The notes beneath the pieces are model-generated. The model was given only the letters and a program-made list of their open reading frames with translations. It ran no database searches and was not told the DNA's origin. DNA of 64,000 nucleotides, taken from assembly GCF_963921235.1 (NCBI RefSeq), contig NC_086104.1, forward strand, positions 103,354,001 to 103,418,000. Reading direction: 5' to 3'. The stretch comes from Mobula hypostoma (Eukaryota). The position numbers and the translations under genes are program-made. Positions 53,474-64,000 of the stretch are shown here, piece by piece (positions within the stretch are counted from its first letter, which is position 1; every line of letters begins with the position of its first letter).

Positions 53474-55805
53474 AGGATGTTGCCTGGTTTGGGGAGCATG
53501 CCTTATGTGAATAGATTGAGTGAACTTGGCCTTTTCTCCTTGGAGTGGTGGAGGATAAGAGGTGACCTGATAGAGGTGTATAAGATGATGAGAGGCATTG
53601 ATCGTGTGGATAGTCAGAGGCTTTTTCCCAGGGCAGAAATGGCTAACACGAGGGAGTATAGTTTTAAGGTGCTTGGAAGTAGGTACAAGGGGAATGTCAG
53701 AGGTAAGTTTTTCACACAGAGAGTGGTGGGTGAATGGGATGCACTGCCAGCGAAAGTAGTAAAGGTGGATAAAATAGGGTCTTTTAAGAGACTCTTAGAT
53801 ACGCACATGGAGTCAAGTCAAGTCTATTGTCATTTCGACCATAAGCTGCTGGTACAATCACAGTAAAAACAAAACAATGTTCCTCCAGGACCCTGGTGCT
53901 ACATGAAACAACACAAAACTACACTAGACTGTGTGAGACAACACAAGGCTACACTAGACTATGTAAAACAACATAAAAACTGCACTAAATTACAGACCTG
54001 CACAGGACTACATAAAGTGCACAATACAGTGCAGGGCAGTACAATAAATAATAAACAAGTCAACAGGCACAGTAGAGGACAAATTACAATATAATAATAA
54101 ATGAGTAGATGTCAGTCTAGACTCTGAGTATTGAGGAGTCTGGTGGCTTGGGGGAAGAAACTGTTGCACAGTCTGGTCGTGAGAGCCCGAATGCTTTGGG
54201 ACCTTTTGCCAGATGGCAGGAGGGAGAAGAGTTTGTATGAGGGGTGTGTGGGGTCCTTCACAATACTGTTAGCTTTGCGGGTGTAGCTTGTGGTGTAAAT
54301 GTCTGTAATAGTGGGAAGGGAGACCATGATGATCTTCTCAGCTGACCTCACTATCCGCTGCAGGGTCTTGCGATCCGAGACGGTACAATTTCCTAACCAG
54401 GCAGTGATGCAGCTGCTCAGGATGCTCTCAATACATCCTCTGTAGAATGTGCTGAGGATGGGGGGTGGGAGATGGGCTTTTCTCAGCCTTCACAGAAAGT
54501 AGAGACGCTGCTGTGCTTTCTTGGCTATGGAGCTGGTGTTGAGGGACCAGGTGAGATTCTCCACCAGATGGACACCAAGAAATTTGGTGCTCTTAACGAT
54601 CTCAACAGAGAAGCTGTCAATGTTCAGCGGAGAGTGGTCGCTCCATGCTCTCCTGAAGTCAACAACCATCTCTTTTGTTTTGTTCACATTCAGAGACAGG
54701 CTGTTGGCTCTGCACCAGTCCGTTAGCCGCTGCACCTCCTCTCTGTATGCTGACTCATCATTCTTGCTGATGAGACCCACCACAGTCGTGTCATCGATGA
54801 ACTTGATGATGTGGTTCAAGCTGTGTGTTGCAGCACAGTCGTGGGTCAGCAGAGTGAACAGCAGTGGACTGAGCACACAGCCTGGGGGGTCCCCATGCTC
54901 AGTGTGATGGTGTTGGAGATGCTGCTTCCGATCCCGACTGACTGAGGTCTCCCAATCAGGAAGTCTAGGATCCAGTTGCAGAGGGAGGTGTTCAGGCCCA
55001 GTAGGCTCAGCTTTCCAATCAGTTTCTGAGGAATGTTTGTGTTGAATGCTGAACTGAAGTCTATGAACAGCATTCGAACATACCGTGTGAGGGTGATGGC
55101 AATGGCGTCGTCTGTTGAACGGTTGGGCCAATACGTGAACTGCAGGGGGTCCAGTGAGGAGGACAGCAGGCTCTTGATGTGCCTCATGATGAGCCTCTCG
55201 AAACACTTCATGATGATGGATGTGAGTGCAACGGGACGGTAGTCATTGAGGCAGGACACTGAAGACTTCTTCGGCACAGGGACGATGGTGGCGGCCTTGA
55301 AGCACGTAGGAACGATGGCGCTGCTCAGGGAGATGTTGAAGATGTCAGAGAGAATCTCTGCTAGCTGGTCTGCACATCCTCTAAGCACTCTGCTAGGAAT
55401 ATTGTCTGGACCAGCAGCCTTCCGTGGGTTGACCCTGCACAGGGTTCTCCTCACATCGGCCATGGTAAGACACAGCACCTGGTCATTGGGAGGAGGAGTG
55501 GTCTTCCTCGCCACCACATCATTTTCCACCTTGAAATGAGCGTAGAAGTTGTTCAGCGCATCTGGGAGGGAGGCATCACCAGCATAGGCAGGTGATGTTG
55601 TCCTGTAGTTGGTGATGTCCTGAATGCCCTTCGACATGCACCGCGTGTCGCCACTGTCCTGGAAGTGGCTGTGGAGCTTAGAAAACTAGAGGGCTATGTG
55701 GTAGGGAAATTCTAGGCAGCTTCTAGAGTAGGTTACATGGTCACTACAACATTGTGGGCCAAAGGACCTGTAATGTGCTGTAGATTTTCTGTGTTTTATG
55801 TTCTA
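53474..55805 (+). mobile_element. CR1 3' fragment interrupted by a Rex1 insertion
   Basis: MLPGLGSMPYVNRLSELGLFSLE.. runs to 53812. It resumes ggagcttagaaaactagagggctatg at 55673 and ends in a ttctgtgttttatgttct tail. Confidence 0.85.
53813..55671 (-). mobile_element. 5'-truncated Rex1/Babar-type LINE
   Basis: Motifs [51 protein letters not shown] and KFIDDTTVVG. (GACTT)n tail. Candidate TSD TGGAG at 53808-53812 and 55672-55676. Confidence 0.9.
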
Positions 55806-56704
55806 ACAACTGGTACTGTTCAGTAAAGGCACAGTGCGTTACAACATTCAGTACTGCACAGCAAGGACACAAACATTACAACAGCCCGCACCGTACTGTA
55901 AGGACACAGAAAGCTACACAGCTGGTACTGCACAGTAAGGGTACAGGGAGTTACAACAGTCAGCACCATACAACAAGGACAAAGACTTTTACAAAAAATG
56001 AACTGAAATGAAAACACGAAGTGCTGGAAACACTCACAGCTCAGTCTGCATCGGCTGAGTATTTCCAACATTTTCTGGTTTTATTTCAGACACACAGATA
56101 TATTGTTTTTTACCCAGAGACAGATAACTGACACTGCACTATATGACCTGTACATCCCTATAGTGAACTGAAAGGAATCAATGAAAACACACCACACTGC
56201 ACTGTCCAGAAACAGTCAGCAGGGCTTTACAACACCAAGTCCTTCACTACGAGGAGACAGACATATAAAACTCTCCACATTGTGCAGTGAGCACACAGAC
56301 CTGTACACACCCCACACTCTACTCCACTGTTAAACACCAGGACAAAACCAGCACTTCAATGACAGAGACCAATACAACACTGATACTGGACTGGGATTCA
56401 TGGAACTTATCAGATAAGAGCAAAGAAACAACATCTCCTGGTGGGAGAGTCCAGAACAAGAGCAATAGGATGAAAGTTAGAGACAGGCTGTGGAAGGGAG
56501 ATGTCAGGATGGCAGATGGGGGAAGTTGAAACCAATAGAAATTTTAGAGTGAGTAAGATGAGTAGGTAAGACAGATGGGTAAGGCAGGGAGCGAGAAAGG
56601 TCTGATAGAGTGAAGTGCAATAATTTTAATATAAGAAGCTTGACAAGTTGGGCAGATGAACTCAGGGCAAGGATTTGTACATGAGACCGAGATATTCATT
56701 ACAG

Positions 56705-57236
56705 TGATGATAATGATGATGATGGCGTCAAGACTAGTGCGTGATTTGGATTTAAGTGAGGAAGAGTTGCGCAGCGTCAGCCTCACTCTCTCTTCCCAAT
56801 TCCCATCTGGATCCAGTGGCAAGACAGAGTCGAGACGGCTGGAGATGGGACTAGGTACAGTGGATGACCAGGGCATCTTCTGTGTCCTGTCATGCTCTAC
56901 ACGTTCCACGACGCTTGCAGAGACCGGCTTCTTGACCGTTGGACCTTCCATTGGTCTCGTCCGCTCAATCCGCCGGAGTCTGTCTTCACATGCTGGGATA
57001 GACAACTCCCTATCTCACCGAGGGTTTGAGACCCATCGGCTACCCTCACCTGGTTTAGCCGGCTTGTCGAAGCCGTTGCCCGGGGTGTGGCCGCTGTTGC
57101 ATGCAAACAGCTACGGGGAGCCACAGGTGAGAGCTGAGTGCCAGGTGGGGACCAAAGGTGGACAAACCACCCTGAAAAGGATGCGACATGTTCCCCCACC
57201 AGAGGTGCTACCCCTCCCTGACACCCCATACACCCC
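56705..57236 (-). mobile_element. Full-length non-autonomous retroposon (RTE-like 5' UTR plus (CAT)n tail) inserted in an old CR1
   Basis: TSD ATTACAG at 56698-56704 and 57237-57243. (CAT)n tail at 56705-56723. No RT or EN coding sequence and no obvious tRNA head. Confidence 0.85.
57045..57227 (-). ncRNA. HDV-like self-cleaving ribozyme (predicted)
   Basis: P1 GGGGUGU (57227-21) with ACACCCC (57088-82). P2 CUCACCUG (57131-24) with CAGGUGAG (57052-45). P3 GGC/GCC. L3 UCCCCG. P1.1 CC/GG followed by GCAAC. P4 GGCUU-CGAC-AAGCC. J4/2 GG-C-UAAAC with the catalytic C at 57058. Confidence 0.85.
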
Positions 57237-57609
57237 ATTACAGAACACGTTTAAGGAAGGGGCAGGACTGGCAGCTGAATGTTCCAGGGTACAGAAGCTA
57301 CAGGCAGGTTGGAGAAGGAGGTAAGAGAGGAGGGGGAGTTGTGCTTTTAAAAGGGGAGAACATCACGATGGTACTTAGAGAGGATATTCCTGTGGGATTG
57401 TCCAGTGAGACTATATGGGAGGAACGTAGACATGAGATGAGGATGATCACTTTGAGTACCATCTGCCTTCCGAACCACTTGATGCAGAACCACAATGTCA
57501 TCATTGGATTTCCTTCCACTGTCTCTGTGTCATCAGCAGACTTGGACATCTCACATCTCGATCCCTCCTCATGGTCATTAAACAGTGAACAACTGTGGCC
57601 AAGAGCCGA

Positions 57610-60475
57610 TCACAAGATCACAAGACAAAGGAGCAGAAGTAGGCCATTCGGCCCATCGAGTCTGCTCCGCTACTCCACCATGAGCTAAACTATTCTCCCA
57701 TCTAGTTCCAATGTCCGGCTTTTTCCCCATATCCCTTGATACCCTGACTGATTAGACACCTATCAATCTCCTCCTTGAACACCCTCAATGATCGGGCCTC
57801 CACAGCTGTATGTGGCAACAAATTCCATAAGTCCACGATCCTCTGGCTAAAAAAAAATTCTCCTCATCTCTGGTTTAACTGGGTACCCTCTAATTCTAAG
57901 ACTATGGCCTCTTGTCCTGGACTCACACACCAAGGAAAACAGACTTTCCATACCTACTCTGTCCAACCCCTTCAACATTCGAAATGTTTCTATGAGATCC
58001 CCTCTCATTCTTCTATACTCTAACGAATACAGTCCAAGAGCCGACAAACGCTCCTCATATGTTAGCCCCTGCATTCATCCTCATAAATCTTCTCTGAACT
58101 CTCTCCAACATCAGTACATCCTTTCTGAGACAGGGGGCCCAAAACTGCACACAGTATTCCAAATGAGGTCTCACCAGTGCCCCATGGAGCCTCATCAGCA
58201 CCTCCTTACTCTTATACACTATTCCTCTTGAATTGAATGCCATCATAGTATTCACCTTCCTTACCGCTGATCCAACTTGGTGGTTAACCTTTAGGGTATC
58301 CTTCACGAGGACCCCCACGTCCCTTTGCACTTCCGATTTTTGAATTTTCTCCCTATCTAAATAATAATCTGCCCAATTATTTCTTCTTCCAAAATGTACA
58401 ACTGTACATTTCTCAACATTGTATCTCATCTGCCATTTCTTTGCCCACTCTCCTAAACTGACCAAGTCTCTCTGCAACCTTTCCGTTTCTTCAACACTTC
58501 CTGCTCCTCCACCTATCTTGGTGTCATCCACAAACTGAGCCACAAAACCATTTAATCCACAATCTAAATCATCGATATACATTGTAAAAAGAAGCGGCCC
58601 CAACACCAACCCCTGCGGAACACCACTAGTAACCAGCAACCAATCCCTTTATTCCCATCCTTTGTTTTCTGCCTATCAGCCAATGCTCCACCCATTTCAA
58701 TATCTTTCCTATAATTCCATGGGCTCTCATCTTATTAAGCAGCCTCATATGCGGCACCTTATCGAAGGCCTTTTGAAAATCCAAATACCCAACATCCACA
58801 GCCTCTCCCTTGTCAATCTTATTTGAGATTACCTCAAAAAATTCCAATAGGTCGGTGAGGCAGGATCTTCCCTTCATGAAACCATGCTGGCTTGGGCCTA
58901 TCTTGTCATGCATCTCGAGGTATTTCATAATCTCATCCTTGAGGATTGACTCCAATATCTTTCCAACTACCGATGTCAGACTAATAGGTCTGTAATTTTC
59001 TTTTTGCTGCCTCCCTCCTTTCTTAAACAGCGGAACTACATTTGCAACCTTCCAGTTGTCCGGAACCATGCCAGAGTCAATTGATTCCTGGAAGATCATT
59101 TCCAATGCCTCCACGATCTCCAAAGCCGCCTCCTTCAGAACCTGTGAGTGCACCTCATCCAGTCCGGGAGACTTACCTATTCCTAGTCCATTTAGATTCC
59201 CAAGCACTTTCTCTCTAGTAATCTTGACTGTACCTAATTCTATTCCCTGAGACCTCTGGCTATCAGGTATATTGCTCATGTCTTCCACTGTGAAGACTGA
59301 TGCAAAATACTCATTTAGTTCCTCTGCCATCTCTTTGTTACCCATTATAATTTCTCCATCATTTTCAATTGGTCCTATATCTACCCGTGTCACTCTTTTA
59401 CTCTTCATATATTTTAAAAAACCCTTAGTATCCTTTTTTATGTTAATTGCCAACTTCCTTTTATAATTCATCTTTTCTTTCCTAATGACTTTCTTAGTTT
59501 CCTTCTGTAAGTTTTTAAAAGTCATCCAGTCCTCAATTTTCCCACTAATTTTTGCTTTTATTTTAGCCTTAACCTCTCTCGTTAGCCACATTTGTGCCAT
59601 TTTTCCATTCATGATTTTCTTTTTTCTTGGAATATATTTTTCCCACCCTTTCCTTATTTCTTGTAGGAATTTCATCCAATTCTGCTCTGCCGTCCCTCCA
59701 TCTAGCTTACTTTTCCAATCGACTTGGGCCAGTTCCTCTCTCATACCACTGTAATTTCCCCTTTTCCACTGAAATATCGATACACTTGATACCAGCTTCT
59801 CTTTTTCAAATTTGAAACTGGACTCAATCATATTATGATCACTACTTCCAAGAGGTTCCATTACCTCCAGCTCCCTAATCGTCTCAGGTTCGTTACACAG
59901 CACCCAATCCAAAACAGCCGGTCCCCTGGTGGGCTTCTGGACAAGCTGCTCCAAAAAGTCATCCTGTAGGCATTCTACAAACTCCCTCTCCTGAGATCCA
60001 TTACCTTCCCGACTTTCCCAATCCACTTTCATATTAAAATCCCCCATAATTATTTTCCTTCTGACATGCTTTTTCTATTTCCAGCTGTAACTTGTAGTCC
60101 ACATCCCAGCTGCTGTTTGGAGGCCTGTATATAACTGCTATTAGTGTCTTTTTATCTTGCTATTTCTGAACTCAACCCATAAGGATTCTACCTCTTCTGA
60201 TCCTATGTCCCTTCTTTCTAGTGATTTGATATCATTACTTACCATCAGGGCCACGCCACCCCCTTTACCTACCTTCCTATCCTTCCTGAACACTGTGTAT
60301 CCTTGGATATTCCGCTCCCAATCACATCCGTCATTTAGCCATGACTCGGTGATGGCCACAATGTCATATCTTTTAACCTGTAGCTATACAGCAAGGTCAT
60401 CCAATTTATTTCTAATGCTGTGTACATTTAAGTACAGTACATTTAGATCAGTATCTGTTACTGATTTTGCTATAT
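57610..60475 (-). mobile_element. CR1 LINE, near-complete ORF2 with few disruptions
   Basis: ORFs 60141-60359 (EN), 58626-60047 (473 aa), 58055-58639 (VPQG, FVDD) and 57847-58074. (TCTTGTGA)n-type tail at ~57610-57625. Confidence 0.92.
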
Positions 60476-60799
60476 TTGGTGAAAGAGGCGGGAGGAGAAG
60501 ATGGCAGTGCGACGCAGCTCGCAGCAGCCGCTCCGATGGTGATATCTGTAATCTGTCAAGTAGGAGCCATGCACAATCCTGATTTGATGGAGACAGATGT
60601 GAGAGAACGGAGGAACATCTGGTGAAACTTCTGAAATGCCTGTTTCGCTGCTGCTGCTACTGTGTGACCAGAATCTCCGGAGGGGAAGGCCCTGAGTCCT
60701 TGGCTTTGCTTGTTGCTTGGCGGCTGGGGCGGGGTCGAAGCACTCGGGAAAAGATGATGCTCGGAGAGGCTGTGTCGGAGGGCAGAATGTCAGTCTGTA

Positions 60800-61305
60800 G
60801 CCTCCTCTTGTGCCCAGTTGAGGCCACCTCAGGGTGGACGAACAACAACTTATATTCCATCTGAGTAGTCTGATGGCACGAATATCAATTTCTCCATCAA
60901 ATAGATTTTTCCCCTTCCCCTCCCCTTCTCTCCTCTATTTCCCACTCTGGTGTTTTACCTCTTTTCACCTGCCTATCCTTTTCTGCTGGGTCCCCTCCTC
61001 TTTCTTTTCTCCAATGGTCCACTCTCCTTTCCCATCAGATTCCTTCTTCTTCAGCTCTTTACCTTTCCCACCCACCTGCCTTCACCTTCACATTTCAGCT
61101 AGCGTCCTTCTCTTCGCCCCCCGCCTCCCCGCACGACCTTTTTATTCTGGGATCTTCCCTCTTCATATTCAGTCCTGAAGAATGGTCTTGACCTGAAACA
61201 TCGACTGTTTATTCATTTCTGAAGATGCTGCCTGGCCTGCTGAGTTCCTCCAGCATTTTGTGTGTATTGTTTTGGATTTCCAGTGTCTGCAGACTTTCTT
61301 GTGTT
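60800..61305 (+). mobile_element. Penelope-like 3' end and terminal repeat with a minimal hammerhead motif (61170-61207)
   Basis: EQQLIFHLSSL remnant. Motif CAGTC-CTGAAGA-atggtcttgacct-GAAA-ca-TC-GACTG. Confidence 0.8.
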
Positions 61306-61309
61306 CACT

Positions 61310-61745
61310 TGTGTTGAACGTTTAACCATCACATTGGCTGAATTCAATTACAAGTTCACAAAGGACTGTTAATGTCATATTCTGTAGATGTTGTGGCTGT
61401 TCATCACACCCAGGACAGACCCCTGATCACTGAGCATTGGAGGGGTTTGTTCTGCTGTTACTGGCCTTAAGTTAGACTAGTGTTTAATATTGTGGATCTG
61501 TGACAAATAAATCTGTCCTATTTCAAATCCTGTGTTTTGGGTGCTTCCTGTCTCTGCCCAATGTACAGTAGAGAGGCCACTCAGTCCAACTGGTCCCTGC
61601 CTGTGTTTCTGTTCCATATCAGTCCTTTTACATCCATCCCTGCTGTTCACCTCTCACACTCCCTGTGATGGCAGGTTAGAACTTGTCACCACTCTGTGGG
61701 TGAAGAAATTTCCCTTGAATTTGCTGCATGACTTTCTGCAGACTG
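61310..61745 (+). pseudogene. Orphan copy of the zinc-finger gene 3' UTR and downstream flank
   Basis: Colinear with 22103-22545 (ccctgatcact, ggggtttgttctg, aatattgtggatctgt..aataaa, caatgtacagtagagaggcc). No finger repeats upstream. Confidence 0.65.
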
Positions 61746-61789
61746 AGAAGGATGATGGGCTCACTGTGGAATTCTTCTGAATTGCCATA

Positions 61790-64000
61790 AATAAAGACCC
61801 AGCGCCATCAAATGCTGCTCATATGATATGCCTTTTAATCCTGCAAACATTACATGAACTTCCTTAGAACCCTCTTCAAGGTCACCACGTCTGTTCTTAG
61901 ATAAAGAGCCCCAGACTGCTCACAATTCTGCAAAGGAGGCCTCACCAGTGTCTTATAAAGCCTCAACATTACGTCCTTTGTTTTGTATTCTAGTCCTCTT
62001 CAAATGAATGCTAACATGCCATTTCCCTTCCTCACCACCGACTCAACCTACAAACTAACCTTCAGAGAACCCTGCACAATGATTCCCAAGTCCCTTTGCA
62101 CCTCAGGTTTTTGAATTTTTTCACCATTTAGAACATAATCTATGGTTTTATTTATTTTACTAAAGTGCATGATCATACACTTCACAACACTATCTACCAT
62201 TTTTATTCTGTCTGAGTCCTTCTGTAGACTCTTTGCTTCCTCAACACTAACTGCCTCTCCACCTGTCTTTGTATCATCCATAAACTTGGCCACAAAGCCA
62301 TCAATTCCAACATATCATATCATTGACACATAGCATAAAAAGAAGTGATTCCAACACAGGCCCGCGGAACACAGCTAGTAACCTGCTGTCACCCAGAAAC
62401 AGGTCTCTTTAATCCCACCCTTTACCTCCTGTCAGTCAGTTAATACTCTGTCTTTTCTGTAATACCATCGGCTCTTAATTTGTTAAGTACCCTCATGTGT
62501 GGCACCTTGCCAAAGGCCCTCTGAAAATCCAAGTACACAACACCCACTGATTCTCCTTTGTCTATCCTGCTTGTCATTTCTTCGGAATTCAACAAACTTG
62601 TCAGGCAAGATTTTCCCTTAAGGAAACCATGCTGACTTCAGCATATTTTATCAAGTACCTTCAAGTATCCCGAGACTACATCCTTAACAATCGACTCCAA
62701 CATCTTCCTATCACTGAGCTCAGACTGTGTGGGTGTGTCCAAAGGTAGTCATAACTGAAGGGTGGTAGTGGGGACCAGCTCCCACTGCTAAACAAATGCT
62801 CTTCATGGTGTGCATCTCAAACAGCCTCTGACAACCAAGTCCAACTCCTGGCCTTCACGTATGGCACAGCTCTTATGCCTGGCGGAGCTGTTCTCACTGA
62901 CAGGAGAAGGGGCAAAGGCGGGCCTCTGGCACCTTAAAACCAGTTGCTTCGGGCAGATGGGGCACGTTAACCATGGATGGTAGCTCATCTAGGAGAGGAA
63001 AACTCTGATTTCAAACCTCCGCTGCCTTGCGGCTATACCCACTCACAGGAAAGGCTTTGGGAGTAAACCCCGAGGAAAAATCCGGAGTCGGAGTCCCGAA
63101 GGCGGCTGACTACTGTACCCAGCACCGACACAGCAACTCCTGCGATGCTGCTGGCACCAAACTGTATCGACTTTCGTCGTTCCTTTGGACCTGTCATCAG
63201 CATGGAGCGGGGGGTCCCACTGCATGGGCAATAGACGGATCTCCATATCAACTCTGCCCTGGCTTGCGCCCTGGAGAGGCCACTGCCAGTGACTACCAGA
63301 GGCGTAGTACCCGTGGTCGACCACACACACACACACCTCCCTCCTTTCTTGAAGAGTGGAGTGATATTTGCAATTTCCTATTTCTCCAGAACCATCCCAG
63401 AATCCATTGATTCTTCCAAGATCATCATTAATCCCTCCACAATCTCTTCAGAAATCTCTTTCAGAACCCTGGGGTGGAGACCATTTGGTCCAGGTAACTT
63501 CCAGTCCATTCAGTTTCCCAAGCACATTCTCCCTACTAATGGCAACTTCACTCACTTCTGACTCCTGACACTCTTGAAATTACAGCATACTGCTCGTGTC
63601 TTCCAAAGTGAAGAATGCTGCAATATACTTATTCATTTCTTCTGCCATTTCCAGCATTGTTTGACAGCAGTTCGATATCTACTCTCACCTCCCTTTTACA
63701 CTTTATTTATCAGAAGAAACTTTTGGTATCCTCTTCAATATTATTGGCTAGCTTACTTTCCTATTCCATCTTTCTCTTATTTATGGCTTTTTTAGTTGCC
63801 TTATGTTGATTTTGAAAAAATTCATAATCCTCTAACTTCTCACTAATTTTTGCTCTATTATATGTCCTCCCCTTGGCTTTGACTTCTCTCATCAACCACG
63901 GTTGGATCATCCTGCCTTTAGAATACTTCTTCTTCTTTGGCATATATCTACCCTGCTCCTTTTGAATTCCTCCAAGAAACTCCAGCCATTCCTGCTCAGT
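61790..64000 (-). mobile_element. Old CR1 LINE running off the window end, interrupted at 62727-63336
   Basis: Motifs AKFMDDTKTGG, KIQKPEVQRDLG and QPWLMREVKAK, plus QHGF and LDFQ remnants. Confidence 0.8.
62727..63336 (+). mobile_element. Second non-autonomous RTE-like retroposon with (CA)n tail
   Basis: GC-rich 610-bp insert in CR1 ending gtcgac(CA)n. Carries ggagaggaaaactctgatttcaaacc, a motif I associate with RTE 5' UTRs. No TSD; a short target deletion instead. Confidence 0.65.

Larger units (their letters stand above)
50592..55995. repeat. Degenerate ~38-bp minisatellite split into three pieces (50592-50692, 53255-53473, 55806-55995) by later insertions
   Basis: A unit close to ACAGCCAGTACTGTACAGTAAGGGCACAGACTGTTACA recurs in all three pieces. 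Confidence 0.8.

Noticed and set aside
56544-57324. ORFs of 153, 222 and 113 aa over the ribozyme-bearing element
   Set aside because: They have no recognisable domains and cross the element boundaries and tail. They are expected by chance in GC-rich sequence.

Overview
Eukaryotic, repeat-dense vertebrate DNA. The repeat and gene content (CR1 LINEs with (TTCTATGT)n tails, Rex1/Babar LINEs, Penelope-like remnants, H1 sequence style) suggests a cartilaginous fish such as a ray; this is inference, not a database result. The functional core is a dispersed, decaying replication-dependent histone cluster. It has five intact genes (2x H2A, 2x H3.2, 1x H4), each with a 3' stem-loop. It also holds an H1 pseudogene, an H2B pseudogene absent from the ORF track, a C2H2 zinc-finger pseudogene and an orphan copy of that pseudogene's 3' end. 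The H3/H4 region is an old inverted duplication of about 16 kb (~27.0-30.0 kb vs ~36.9-42.9 kb) whose left arm has lost H4. Histone paralogues are nearly identical only over the gene and its immediate flank, a gene-conversion signature. The rest is nested mobile DNA: a Gypsy element with both LTR remnants, many CR1 copies, a Hero-type RLE fragment, an RNase H-bearing I-group LINE, Rex1 and RTE elements, Penelope remnants with hammerhead motifs, and a complete Buster/Charlie hAT transposon with TIRs and an 8-bp TSD. The standout is a full-length, TSD-flanked, non-coding ~530-bp retroposon (56705-57236, minus). Its 5' end is a well-formed HDV-like self-cleaving ribozyme with an extra hairpin in L3. 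Repeat boundaries are approximate unless a TSD or tail is quoted, and identities were estimated by eye.
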